A DNA stretch of 64,000 nt, from positions 41,790 to 105,789 of the forward strand of contig CAVQXM010000003.1 in assembly GCA_963717905.1 (NCBI GenBank), in the 5' to 3' direction. The position numbers and the translations under genes were made by a program. This document shows positions 46,716 to 56,786 of the stretch, piece after piece (the first letter of the stretch is position 1; every line of letters starts with the position of its first letter). The notes under the pieces are model-generated. The model had not been told where the DNA came from. It searched no databases and worked only from the letters and a program-made list of their open reading frames with translations. Origin of the DNA: an uncultured Alphaproteobacteria bacterium. Lineage in GTDB: Bacteria; Pseudomonadota; Alphaproteobacteria; Rhizobiales; Xanthobacteraceae.

Positions 46716-47768
46716 ATGGCGGGTCATGATCAACCATCCCCCTGGTGGTCGCCGTCACGCCATGAGGATCGACGACCGTTTCTCCTGATGCGGGGCCGGA
46801 TCACCCTCGGCGTCAGGAACTGGTTTCACCAGGCGGGTTTCATCGAGGTTGAAACCTCGGCGCTGCAGGTGTCTCCCGGAAACGAAATCCATCTTCATGC
46901 GCCAAAGGCCATGTTGTCAGACAGTTACGGCCGTCCGTTCACGCGATACTTAAGGACGTCGCCGGAGTTTGCCTGCAAGAAACTGCTGGCGGCTGGCGAG
47001 ACGCGCATTTTCGAACTGGCGCGGGTGTACCGTGATCGGGAACGCGGCGACAAGCATCTGCCCGAGTTCACCATGCTTGAATGGTATCGCGCCAATGAGG
47101 AGTACGATGCGGTGATCGACGACTGTATCGCCGTGATCCGCTGTGCGGCTGAGACCGCCGAAACGCGACAATTTACCTTTCGAGGCGTGACCACCGATCC
47201 GTTTGCCGTGCCCGACAGGATCACGGTGGCGGAGGCCTTCACACGCTTCGCTGCAATTGACCTGCTGTCGACAATCAACGACGGCGAGGGCGATCGCGAT
47301 CATCTTGCGCGGGTGGCAGCCAGCAAGGTGCGCATCGTGGATGACGACACCTGGTCTGACATTTTCAGCAAGGTGCTGGTCGAGCATGTGGAGCCGCGGC
47401 TCGGGTTGGATCGCGTTACCGTGCTTGATGAATATCCCGCGCCGGAATCGGCTTTGGCGCGGCCCAAGCCGGGCGACCCGCGCGTCTCTGAACGTTTCGA
47501 GGTCTATGCCTGCGGCGTCGAACTGGCCAATGGCTTCGGCGAATTGACTGACGCGGCGGAACAACGACGGCGTTTTCAGGACGCAATGGACGAGAAGGCC
47601 CGCCGATATGGCGAGCGCTATCCCATTGACGATGACTTTATTGCAGCCGTCGGCGCGATGCCGCCAGCGAGTGGCATTGCGCTCGGGTTTGACAGATTAG
47701 CGATGTTGGCGAGCGGCGCCACGCGGATTGATCAGGTCGTGTGGACGCCGCCGGTAGAGGAAACATGA
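46716..47768 (+). CDS. epmA: EF-P lysine aminoacylase
   Basis: LRTSPE, EFTMLEWY, ELANGF, GIALGFDRL; no anticodon domain. Confidence 0.95.
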   Translation: MAGHDQPSPWWSPSRHEDRRPFLLMRGRITLGVRNWFHQAGFIEVETSALQVSPGNEIHLHAPKAMLSDSYGRPFTRYLRTSPEFACKKLLAAGETRIFELARVYRDRERGDKHLPEFTMLEWYRANEEYDAVIDDCIAVIRCAAETAETRQFTFRGVTTDPFAVPDRITVAEAFTRFAAIDLLSTINDGEGDRDHLARVAASKVRIVDDDTWSDIFSKVLVEHVEPRLGLDRVTVLDEYPAPESALARPKPGDPRVSERFEVYACGVELANGFGELTDAAEQRRRFQDAMDEKARRYGERYPIDDDFIAAVGAMPPASGIALGFDRLAMLASGATRIDQVVWTPPVEET

Positions 47769-48874
47769 GCAAGCAGGCGGCAGCGGATCGATTGGCGGAG
47801 CGAGCCATGTCGCAGCAAACCACGCTGCGACAACCGCAGGACCTTGTCGCGGCCAATCTGATTCCCGCGGACCAAGCTGGTGCATTGGACGCCGTTGCCG
47901 ATCGCTACGCGATCGCGGTGACGCCGCATGTGGCTTCGCTGATTGATCGCACTGATCCGGACGATCCGATCGCGCGGCAATATATTCCGAGCACGCTTGA
48001 GCTCGACGCGTCACCCGACGAACTCGCTGATCCGATCGGCGATCACGCCCATGCGCCCATCGATGGTATTGTTCATCGTTATCCGGACCGCGTGCTGTTC
48101 AAACTCGTCCATGTTTGCGCGGTCTACTGCCGCTTCTGCTTTCGTCGCGAGATGGTCGGGCCGGGCAAGGAGAACGGCCTGTCGCCAGAAGCTTACAGCG
48201 CGGCGTTGAACTACATTCGTACGCACGATGAGATCTGGGAAGTCATCTTGACCGGGGGCGACCCGCTGATGTTGTCGCCGCGTCGATTGCGCGACGTCAT
48301 GTCGGACCTCGCAGCCATACCGCACGTCAAAATCATCAGACTGCATACCCGCGTGCCGGTGGCGGATCCCGAGCGGATATCGCCAGAGCTGGTCGACGCC
48401 TTGCGCGTCGACGGTGCGGCAACCTGGGTCGCCGTTCACGTCAATCATCCGCGCGAGATGAATGAAGTCGCGCGTGCTGCCTGCGCACGCCTCGTCGATG
48501 CCGGCATACCACTCGTCAGCCAAACGGTGCTGCTACGCGGCGTCAACGACACGCCTGAAGTGATGGGTGCGTTGATGCGCGCGCTGATCGAGACCCGGAT
48601 CAAGCCCTATTATCTGCACCATGGCGACCTTGCGCCCGGCACGCGGCACCTTCGCACCACCATTGCTGAAGGGCAGGCCTTGATGCGGGCGCTGCGCGGG
48701 ACGGTCAGCGGGTTGTGCCAGCCCGATTATGTGCTGGATATACCCGGCGGTTATGGCAAGGCGCCAATCGGCCCACGATTCCTCGATGTCAAAACCGGAA
48801 CTGTCGCCGCGAATCTCGATTATCGTATTGAGGATTACTGTGGCGATGTTCACAGCTATCGTGATCAGATCTGA
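47765..48874 (+). CDS. epmB: Lysine 2,3-aminomutase (radical SAM, EpmB-like)
   Basis: CAVYCRFCFRR, TGGDPL, LDIPGGYGK; follows epmA. Confidence 0.9.
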   Translation: MSKQAAADRLAERAMSQQTTLRQPQDLVAANLIPADQAGALDAVADRYAIAVTPHVASLIDRTDPDDPIARQYIPSTLELDASPDELADPIGDHAHAPIDGIVHRYPDRVLFKLVHVCAVYCRFCFRREMVGPGKENGLSPEAYSAALNYIRTHDEIWEVILTGGDPLMLSPRRLRDVMSDLAAIPHVKIIRLHTRVPVADPERISPELVDALRVDGAATWVAVHVNHPREMNEVARAACARLVDAGIPLVSQTVLLRGVNDTPEVMGALMRALIETRIKPYYLHHGDLAPGTRHLRTTIAEGQALMRALRGTVSGLCQPDYVLDIPGGYGKAPIGPRFLDVKTGTVAANLDYRIEDYCGDVHSYRDQI

Positions 48875-48974
48875 TACGTCTCATCGTGGCAGGCTGAGAC
48901 AGAAGCGCGAGTCAGCAGGTGTCAGTCAGGTGAAGGACTGGCAATCGTTCGAACTCATTTCTAGGAGGCGTGTC

Positions 48975-49235
48975 ATGCTGAAACAAACAATCCTGGTCGC
49001 TTTCGCGAGCGTCATGCTCAGCACGGTCGGCTATGCGCAAGGCAAGTCTGCACCGTCGCCGCAGCAAGGTTCGCCCGGCTTGTCAGGATCGTCGACTGTT
49101 CGCGAAGCGCCTGTCGGGCATCGCCAGCCACGGCGCGGCGATGTGCCGTCGATCACAGAAAATCCGGACGCCGCGCAGAGCGCTCAGGACAAGGCCCTCG
49201 ATCGCAAGATCAAAGGCATTTGTCGCGGCTGCTGA
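48975..49235 (+). CDS. Small secreted hypothetical protein ending ICRGC
   Basis: AGGAGG RBS; signal peptide; APVGHRQPR. Confidence 0.75.
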   Translation: MLKQTILVAFASVMLSTVGYAQGKSAPSPQQGSPGLSGSSTVREAPVGHRQPRRGDVPSITENPDAAQSAQDKALDRKIKGICRGC

Positions 49236-49282
49236 CATGGGCGCAAGGCCGCAGCCGCATTCATAAGCAATCACGCTGAACG

Positions 49283-49320
49283 AAAAAGTCGAGGCGATCG
49301 TGGATCGCCTCGACTTTGTT
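49283..49320. terminator. Bidirectional terminator
   Basis: AAAGTCGAGGCGATC-GTG-GATCGCCTCGACTTT perfect inverted repeat. Confidence 0.8.
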
Positions 49321-49332
49321 CAACAGGACCGA

Positions 49333-49869
49333 TTACTGGCAAAGATGCGGGCGACCGTCCGATTCGCCCTTGATGACCGTGCCTGGTACACATGCCATCG
49401 CGTTACGCTTGACGTATTCGGGGCTCAGCCGGCCGCCATTGTAGCCATAGCCTTGGTAGGTGCCGAGAAAGCCGCGGTCGAAGCCGTAGCCTTCAGCATA
49501 GGGCTGGCCATAAGGTTGCCCCCATACAGTGGCTGGGCCACCGAATGGCGCGGTGGCGATTGCGCCAGCGGTTGTTACTGCGCCACCGATAATTCCACCA
49601 GCGATGTCGAAGGGAAGAAAGCCACTGCGGCCTCCATCCCAACCGTAGCCGCGATCAGCGTAGCCCGGCTGCATTTGCGCATGGTGCCGATGATGCATGC
49701 GGTGCGCGTGCATGGCATGGTGATGCGCATGATGGCGCTTCATGTGCGATTTGGACATCTGGTGATGCCGCGTCGCGCCGGACGTATATGACGATGATTG
49801 GGCAACGGCGGGCAGGGCGAGTGCTGTTGAAAGAACAGCGGCGACAGCAATAACGGGAAGTTTCGACAT
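49333..49869 (-). CDS. Secreted His/Met-rich, Gly/Tyr-rich hypothetical protein
   Basis: GGAGAG RBS; signal peptide MSKL...AVA; His tract; C-terminal Cys pair. Confidence 0.8.
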   Translation of the reverse strand: MSKLPVIAVAAVLSTALALPAVAQSSSYTSGATRHHQMSKSHMKRHHAHHHAMHAHRMHHRHHAQMQPGYADRGYGWDGGRSGFLPFDIAGGIIGGAVTTAGAIATAPFGGPATVWGQPYGQPYAEGYGFDRGFLGTYQGYGYNGGRLSPEYVKRNAMACVPGTVIKGESDGRPHLCQ

Positions 49870-49900
49870 CAATTCTCTCCATTCGAAATGACGTCGCAAC

Positions 49901-49925
49901 AACGGGGGCGGCAAGGCTAAGTTCC
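49901..49925 (-). promoter_or_regulatory. EcfG/RpoE-type promoter
   Basis: GGAAC-N16-CGTT on the minus strand, ~30 nt before the ATG at 49869. Confidence 0.65.
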
Positions 49926-50141
49926 TCTTACCCAACCTGGAGGCTTCAAGGTCGCGTGACTTGCTTTCTCAATCATTGACAAAGTCATGCAAAACTCAGC
50001 CGACGAATCGCGCGAGGCGCAATGTGAATGGCCAATCAGACAGAAGATTCGAATGTAGAGGGAGCAGACGCCGCCATGTGTCGCCACGCATGAACAGCGA
50101 AGCTGAACTGGCGTGAGCATAAGGTTGTGACATGGGGGTAG

Positions 50142-50216
50142 TGGCGCTCCCTAGCGGAATCGAACCGCTCTCTCCACCGTGAAAGGGTGGCGTCCTAACC
50201 GATAGACGAAGGGAGC
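50142..50216 (-). tRNA. tRNA-Glu(TTC)
   Basis: Cloverleaf; anticodon arm CCACC-CTTTCAC-GGTGG; GGTTCGATTCC; encoded CCA. Confidence 0.97.
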
Positions 50217-50728
50217 ATAACGTCGGACCAAATTGCCAGAAGGCAAGCCTTGCAGGCTGGATCGCGTCGTTAGGAACGCAGGTGTCTCATGACATCCCAA
50301 AGCTTTGATTTCGCTTCGTTTTGTCTGCCGCCGAACCGTGCGTTACCGCCCCGGCGACTGGCGAACGTATAGTCACGTTTTTCCGGGCGGGCAAGCCGAT
50401 AGTTGGCCTGAAATGCGAGAAATTGAAAAATTTCCGCTCATCCACAGAACTGCCGTCATATTCGGAAAGAAAACACGCAAATTGGCGCGAAGTTGACACG
50501 CTGGCGGAGCGAGGTTGTTTGACTTCGCGCTCTGCATGTGGTCCGCCGCTGCGTGGAGTACCGGCTCGTAGCGGCCCCCGCCAGGGCATGATGCGAATCC
50601 GAATGAGCGAATGAATTGGCAGGTCACTGGAATGCGGCGCGCTACCGCTAGATCTTGCGCTTGCCTCGCTCAAACCTGCGGGGCAGAAATCGCGCCGCAT
50701 TGTCTGACGTCGAGAAAAGGAAGCTCGC

Positions 50729-50881
50729 TTGCAACTTGAATATATTGTCCCGGCACTCATGGCGTGCGCGCTGATCTGGTGGATCGGGCGCTCGCTCAGC
50801 TGGATTGCAAAACTGACCACTGCAGTTGTGACGCTGGTGATCATCTTGCTGATTGTGGGTTTCGAGCGGCACGCTTTCTAG
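50729..50881 (+). CDS. 50-aa two-TM microprotein
   Basis: AAGGAAG RBS, TTG start; MQLEYIVPALMACALIWWIGRSLSWIAKLTTAVVTLVIILLIVGFERHAF. Confidence 0.55.
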   Translation: MQLEYIVPALMACALIWWIGRSLSWIAKLTTAVVTLVIILLIVGFERHAF

Positions 50882-50941
50882 AAGCGCGTCATCGCTAGAG
50901 CGGAGAAAGCCCCCCTGTGAGGGGCCTCACCGCCTTGGCGC

Positions 50942-51022
50942 TTAGCGGCCGAAGAATAGCCATAACAACAGAATGACCGGGATAGGAACACCCACCAGCC
51001 AGAGCAATAATCCACGTCCCAT
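50942..51022 (-). CDS. 26-aa hydrophobic microprotein
   Basis: GGAG RBS; MGRGLLLWLVGVPIPVILLLWLFFGR; hairpin at 50908-50927 between the convergent stops. Confidence 0.7.
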   Translation of the reverse strand: MGRGLLLWLVGVPIPVILLLWLFFGR

Positions 51023-51056
51023 GTTGGTCTCCGATCGTTTAGTTGAACGGAAAACC

Positions 51057-51081
51057 AACACGAATACGCATCATTGGTTCC
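51057..51081 (-). promoter_or_regulatory. EcfG/RpoE-type promoter
   Basis: GGAAC-N16-TGTT ~35 nt before the ATG at 51022. Confidence 0.55.
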
Positions 51082-51094
51082 AGGCTGGACAGAT

Positions 51095-51544
51095 TTACCA
51101 ATGGCCAGTGTTGGGCATCGACAGCCAGGGCTCTTGCGGCTCGCGGGCTTCGCCTTTTTGCAAAAGCTCAATCGAATGCCGATCCGGAGAGCGGATGAAG
51201 GCCATTTGTCCGTCGCGTGGCGGGCGATTGATGGTGATGCCGAGCTTCATCAATCGATCGCAGGTCGCGTAGATGTCGTCGACCTCATAGGCGAGGTGAC
51301 CGAAGAACCGATCTTCGCCGTAGCTTTCCTCATCCCAATTGTAGGTCAACTCAACCGTCGGTGCAGGTCGTCCCTTGCCATTGGCGACGAGGTCCGCATC
51401 GTCGTCGCCTGCAAGAAACAACAGGGTGAACCTGCCACGCTCATTATCGATCCGGTTCACTTCCTTCAGCCCCAAAGCGTCGCGATAAAACTTCAACGCC
51501 ACGTCAAGGTTGCGCACACGAAGCATGGTGTGGAGGAATCTCAT
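51095..51544 (-). CDS. gloA: Lactoylglutathione lyase (glyoxalase I)
   Basis: LHTMLRV, ELTYNWD, FGHLAYEVDDIY. Confidence 0.93.
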   Translation of the reverse strand: MRFLHTMLRVRNLDVALKFYRDALGLKEVNRIDNERGRFTLLFLAGDDDADLVANGKGRPAPTVELTYNWDEESYGEDRFFGHLAYEVDDIYATCDRLMKLGITINRPPRDGQMAFIRSPDRHSIELLQKGEAREPQEPWLSMPNTGHW

Positions 51545-51590
51545 GTCACATCTCTCGTCAAAATGAAGCCGAATGGTGGGCGATGGCCTG

Positions 51591-51821
51591 TCATATCAGA
51601 CTTGGACGGGGGCGGGCAGACGTAAGATGCCTTGGCGGCAGTTCAGGATCGGTCTGCGGTTTTCGAGAGCCTTTCGCAGCGGACCGTTGGTTGTGCAATC
51701 GGCTGAAGGTATTGCTGCTATAGGTGTCGCGTTCAGCGTTGAATTGTTCCTGGAGTTTGCGAAAACGCTCGACGCGCTGCTCAATCTCTGCGCGAGCTCG
51801 CGCCATCCTCATCTCGTCCAT
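51591..51821 (-). CDS. Small helical hypothetical protein
   Basis: EIEQRVERFRKLQEQFNAERDTY; motif shared with 52870..53505. Confidence 0.55.
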   Translation of the reverse strand: MDEMRMARARAEIEQRVERFRKLQEQFNAERDTYSSNTFSRLHNQRSAAKGSRKPQTDPELPPRHLTSARPRPSLI

Positions 51822-52044
51822 CTGCCTAGCTCTCTTGGTTTGCCAGGGTGGATTTTCCTCGGGGAATGAGGCTGCAATGCGGATCGATCGACGGCCGGCG
51901 CGATCTTCGATCAACCGAGATCCGTGCAATTTCGCTGTCGGCGTATTCAGACCGTGCTATTGTCATAACCACTGGCTTGGTTCAGCATTACCTTTGCCGA
52001 TTGAGCCGGATCGCCATATGATCATGAGCTAGGTAACGCGCACG

Positions 52045-52251
52045 ATGGATAAGAAGGTGATGCGGGAAGAGGCCGAACGCCTGGTGCGGGAAGCCATGGC
52101 TCGCCGATCTGTTTCGGTTAAACAGGGGCAAACCCGCTTTGTCGGCAAGTGCGGCAAGTGCGGGGCTGAGACGAAAGTCTCGGCAGAGCGGGGCACTTCC
52201 CGCGTGGCCTTTGTCTGTAAGGAATGCGGCCACGAGCAAATGACGCTCTAG
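52045..52251 (+). CDS. Small zinc-ribbon-like protein
   Basis: CGKCG ... CKECG. Confidence 0.75.
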   Translation: MDKKVMREEAERLVREAMARRSVSVKQGQTRFVGKCGKCGAETKVSAERGTSRVAFVCKECGHEQMTL

Positions 52252-52492
52252 CCTGGCCTTACGCCTAAGCCATCTCTCAACCGCTTTGTGTTAAAGCGGC
52301 TTTGGTGAGGGCGATGATAGCCTGCCTAATTGATACTTACATTCGCTAACCGGTCATGGTCGGATCGCGTGACACCGGTAATTTAACGTGGCGTCACAAC
52401 GCCGAAATTCTCCAGTCACATGCCGCTGCAATTGATTGCTTTAACGATTTTGCTGGTAGTTCTGTACGCAAGTGAAGCTTTTGGGGACTTCG

Positions 52493-52738
52493 ATGTTTCG
52501 GGTGATATGGGTTGCGTCTGCGCTCGGCCTTTTCCTGGCGAGCGCTGAACCAACATTTGCTCAGTATATTCACCGGTCAGAACCGCTCGTGTTGCCGCCC
52601 TACGGCGTGGCGCTCGTGCATGACAACCGTTGCTCTGTCGGCAAGGTCATGAAGGTGACCGGTGCGATCCGGGGCTTGCGTCGCAAAAAGACGTGCATTC
52701 CGCATCAAACCAGTCAGGCCTTCGCGGGTCCTTACTGA
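52493..52738 (+). CDS. Small secreted protein (DUF6719-like)
   Basis: Signal peptide; HDNRC...KVTG...RKKTCIP. Confidence 0.6.
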   Translation: MFRVIWVASALGLFLASAEPTFAQYIHRSEPLVLPPYGVALVHDNRCSVGKVMKVTGAIRGLRRKKTCIPHQTSQAFAGPY

Positions 52739-52789
52739 TTGCTGGCCTCAAGCCGGCAACTCCGCACACGAACGCGACTGATCATTAGA

Positions 52790-52820
52790 AAGCCCCCGCC
52801 AGCGAGGCTGACGGGGGCTT
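52790..52820. terminator. Bidirectional terminator-like hairpin
   Basis: AAGCCCCCG...CGGGGGCTT. Confidence 0.7.
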
Positions 52821-52869
52821 GATCTGACATCATTGAGCACGGGGGAGATGCTCGGTTGGACAACGCGCA

Positions 52870-53505
52870 TCAGCCGTCTCGCGTTCCAAGCGCGCCACGA
52901 ATTTTTTCCTGAACCAGCCTGATGTAGGCTTCGCGCTCCTCCAGCTGCTGGATTTGATGCGCACGGAAAGCAGCGACACGGCAGTTGATCGCGCTCCGTT
53001 CGGACAGGGCTGGCAAAACACTGCGGGGGGTGAGGCTCGTCGTCTTGACGGGTTTGAGGCCGAGTGCTGCGGGTCGTCCGGATCGATTGGTCTCATCGCG
53101 CAGACTTTGGCTTTCGACTTCAACAGTTTCGTTTCGGGACGTGGACCTGGGATCAACCGCAGTCGGTGAACCGGACGGTCGTGCGATGTCGCTTAACAGG
53201 TCCGCTGTTGGCGACGAGTTTGCTTGCTCCCCAGATGGAGTGATTGGATCAGGCTCAGTCTGTGCTGCCTGGACGATCACAGCGTGAGATAGTTCGTCGT
53301 TGTGATCAGGGTGAGCCAAGTCAGAAACGGCGTCGCGCGCGTGGTTTGCCGTTGCGGTATCGGCCAGACCATCGACTTCGACCGAGGGGGCGGACTTGGC
53401 ATGCAGGAGAGAGGCTGCAAACTTGGGAGCCCCAGACGCAACGCTGTGAGCGAATGCGAGGGTCTCCTCGATCAGTTTGTCACGCTCACTTTTCCAAGAC
53501 TTCAT
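52870..53505 (-). CDS. Hypothetical protein: helical ends with low-complexity linker
   Basis: WKSERDKLIEETLAF ... RVAAFRAHQ...ERE.Y. Confidence 0.7.
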   Translation of the reverse strand: MKSWKSERDKLIEETLAFAHSVASGAPKFAASLLHAKSAPSVEVDGLADTATANHARDAVSDLAHPDHNDELSHAVIVQAAQTEPDPITPSGEQANSSPTADLLSDIARPSGSPTAVDPRSTSRNETVEVESQSLRDETNRSGRPAALGLKPVKTTSLTPRSVLPALSERSAINCRVAAFRAHQIQQLEEREAYIRLVQEKIRGALGTRDG

Positions 53506-53969
53506 CAGACACCTCGGGCCGATATTTTCCGTGCAGGCTAATGAGGCGTCAAGCTGTTTCCTGCAGAAGGTAAATTCGCGGTGGATAAGGAGCATTCGCG
53601 CCTTGTATCGCTTGTTTGGATACCGCTAGCTCAGTTCAAAATGAGTTTAATCGACGCTGGAAACACGTTTTCGACGGCGGCGCTTCAAGATTAAGAAAAT
53701 GCGCGGGAAGTTTCGTAGCTTTTGACGAGTATCTCGAGCTATGGGCGCCGAAGGATTGACAGCTTATTGCTTGCGTCCCGAGGGTGAGGGCTGACGGCCC
53801 CACAATCTATCCCGAAAATACTTCCCCTTGTATTTATCTACCTGTAGATGTGGCTTTGATTTTTTGCCATTGTCATCGATAGGCTTTAAGGGCCGTATTT
53901 TCTTAGACAACTATTTTTTCGTCCAAATTTTGGTTCAGATATTTCAGACTTACTTTCTTGGAGTTTATT

Positions 53970-54326
53970 ATGGCGCCAATTAACTTGAAGTCGCTTTCTG
54001 TGCCTCAGCTTCTTGCTCTGCAGGAAGATATCGATCGCCATTTGCAACTCCGACGGGCTGAACTTCAGGCTCAGTTGGCGCAGATCGGAATGGGGGATCG
54101 CGGAGCTGGGCGGGCAGGCTCGGGGATGAAAGTCGCCCCAAAGTACAGGCATCCCGAGACAGGTGAAACGTGGACCGGGCGCGGCGGTGTCGCGGGTTGG
54201 CTCGCGAAAGAACTGAAGGCGGGCAAGAAACGCGAAGACTTTCTGATTGTTCGCGGCAAGGAGGAAAGGGCTGCTGCAAAGCCCGCTCAAAAGGCAGGCA
54301 AGGGTGCAGGGGCCAAACGTCGTTAG
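53970..54326 (+). CDS. hns: H-NS family nucleoid protein
   Basis: PKYRHPETGETWTGRG DNA-binding motif; N-terminal coiled coil. Confidence 0.9.
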   Translation: MAPINLKSLSVPQLLALQEDIDRHLQLRRAELQAQLAQIGMGDRGAGRAGSGMKVAPKYRHPETGETWTGRGGVAGWLAKELKAGKKREDFLIVRGKEERAAAKPAQKAGKGAGAKRR

Positions 54327-54412
54327 ATCGCGAGCGGGGCGAGCAACAGGCGTGCCGAAATCGAACGGCGCGCCTTTGTCTTGCCCCAACTTTTATGCCA
54401 CCAATTGCTTCC

Positions 54413-55175
54413 ATGATCGCAAAAAGCTTGCAGCAGGGTGTCGACGCGCTGGGTGATTTGATCTCTCAGGCTGCGATGATCGTTCCGTTCACGGGCGCCG
54501 GTATCTCAACCGAGACGGGCATCCCTGACTTTCGCTCACCCGGCGGATTATGGACGCGCAACCAACCGATTGCCTTCGAGGATTTCGTCGCCAGTCAGGA
54601 CGCCCGTGATGAAGCGTGGCGTCGCCGTTTTGCGATGGAAGACACTTTCGCGCGTGCGCTTCCCGGACGCGGGCATCGCGCCCTGGCAGCCCTGTACAAG
54701 AAGGGCAAATTGCCGGCGGCGATCACACAGAACATCGACAACCTGCATCAGATGTCAGGGCATCAACGCCAGCGATGTCATAGAGTTGCATGGCAACACG
54801 ACCTATGCGCGCTGCATCGGTTGTCAGGCGCGTTACGAACTCAGCTGGGTCAAGGAGATGTTTGATCGCGATCAGCGGGCGCCGGATTGCCAGATCTGCG
54901 ACGCGCCCGTCAAAACAGCGACGATCTCATTCGGCCAGGCCATGCCTGAGGATGAGATGCGGCGCGCAACCGTGTTGGCCCAGAACGCGGATCTCTTTTT
55001 GGCAATTGGCTCGTCGCTGGTGGTGTGGCCGGCTGCAGGCATTCCTGTGCTTGCAAAACGGGCCGGTGCAAAGCTGGTGATCATCAACAATGAGGCAACC
55101 GATCTCGATGACGTCGCTGATCTGGTGATCCGTTTCGATATAGGCGAAACCCTGAGCCCGTTTATTGGTAATTAG
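54413..55175 (+). CDS. Sir2-family NAD-dependent deacylase; frameshift ~54758
   Basis: TGAGISTETGIPDFR, TQNIDNLH | ELHG, two CxxC, GSSL. Confidence 0.92.
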
Positions 55176-55368
55176 CACGCGATCTTTTGTTTGCCTGTTT
55201 GGCTGTTCATAGTTTTTTAGCACATCGCATTTTTGTCTTTGCGAGGTAAGCGGGGATGCTATCCTCGGCGAGAGAGATTCGCGTAGCGTCATTACAGAAT
55301 GTCTGCAACGGGGACGAATGGGGCGCTGCGAACAACCTTCTTGAATGCGATGGTCGTAGCAAATTGGT

Positions 55369-56059
55369 ATGGGATCCGGGGTCATGGGGTCGGACGGATT
55401 TAAATCCAAGAGTTTGAAGCCTTTGCCGGCGACGGCAGGCGTTCATTCATCTGGCGCCGCGAGCGCCGATTCGTTCGAATTCGAAGCTGGGTCGGACCGT
55501 ACACTGGACCCATTTGTGGGCGTCACGGACGCCTCAGCAGCTAATTTGGTCGAGATCAGCGGCGTCATCAAATGGTTTGATGTGTCGAAGGGTTACGGCT
55601 TCATCGTTCCCGATGATGGCGCGCCGGATGTTTTGCTTCACGTCACCGTTTTGCGTCGCGACGGATATCAGGCTGCACATGAAGGCGCGCGCATCGTTTG
55701 CGAATGCCTTCAGCGTGCGAAGGGCTATCAAGCCTTCCGCATCGTGTCGATCGATGAAGTCCACTGCAATTCATCCGGCACAGATGCTGCCGGCGCGAAC
55801 CCATGTCAGCGTGACGGCGACGAGCGGGCTCGAGCGCGCTCAGGTGAAATGGTTCAACCGCTTGCGCGGCTTCGGCTTCCTGACGTGCGGCGAGGGCACG
55901 CCTGATATTTTCGTGCACATGGAAACACTTCGTCGCTTCGGCATGACAGAACTTCGGCCGGGACAATATGTTCTGGTGCGGTTTGGGCCGGGTTCGAAGG
56001 GCATGATGGCCGCGGAGATCCATCCCGAAAGCGGCCCATCGGGGCTATCATCTCATTAA
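55369..56059 (+). CDS. Two-domain cold-shock protein; frameshift ~55758
   Basis: KWFDVSKGYGFI...LLH and KWFNRLRGFGFL...FVH in two frames. Confidence 0.9.
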
Positions 56060-56083
56060 TTTGAATTGGCGACACATCACAGC

Positions 56084-56116
56084 AAGCCTCGGGGCGAAAC
56101 CTCCGGGGCTTTTTTT
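56084..56116 (+). terminator. Rho-independent terminator
   Basis: AGCCTCGGGG...CTCCGGGGCT followed by a T run. Confidence 0.75.
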
Positions 56117-56230
56117 GTGACTGGCGCTGATGCGTCTCTCGCGTTGTTCTTGGCCAAGTCGGCTTATTGCCATCGCGCATAGGAAGACGTTAGGCTTCGT
56201 GTTGATCGAACGGAACCGGATCCAAACCTG

Positions 56231-56725
56231 ATGTCAGTTTTTCGGAACGCCACCCGAGTTGTCATGCTAAGCCGCCGCCGCGCACTTGCCGCAGCGCTTG
56301 CCATTGTTGCGACCGGCGTCGTGTCCGTGCCGTCATCAGCCGCTCAGCTCGAGCCGCTGGAGATCGTCACGAAAAACGGGGTTCGGATATTCTCGGTTGA
56401 GCTCGCCCGCACCGACGAACAAAAAGCGACGGGGCTGATGCACCGGCGACACATGCCGGACGGACAGGGCATGCTGTTTGATTTCGCGCCGGAACAACCC
56501 ATCTCGATGTGGATGAAAAATACCTACATTTCGCTCGACATGATTTTCATCGGTAGCGATGGCCGCGTGACGCGCATAGCAGAAAATACCGAGCCCTTGT
56601 CGGAACGCATCATTTCGTCCGGCGCGCCGGCACGCGCGGTGCTCGAGGTCAACGGTGGCATAGCCCGAAAGTACGGAATTGCCCCAGGGGATCGGGTTGG
56701 ACATTCTTTGTTCAAGACGCGATAA
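56231..56725 (+). CDS. DUF192 family protein
   Basis: GLMHR, GMLF, MWMKNT, VLEVNGG. Confidence 0.92.
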   Translation: MSVFRNATRVVMLSRRRALAAALAIVATGVVSVPSSAAQLEPLEIVTKNGVRIFSVELARTDEQKATGLMHRRHMPDGQGMLFDFAPEQPISMWMKNTYISLDMIFIGSDGRVTRIAENTEPLSERIISSGAPARAVLEVNGGIARKYGIAPGDRVGHSLFKTR

Positions 56726-56786
56726 AAAATGGTAATGGCGCTTGATGCTGCCGATTGAACCGTGTATCGACAGCACATCAGGACGT

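Noticed and set aside
46014-48874. efp-epmA-epmB cluster
   Set aside because: Known EF-P beta-lysylation system.
53970-55175. Sirtuin as an anti-phage SIR2 system
   Set aside because: Ordinary zinc-binding CobB-type deacylase with no defence partner gene.
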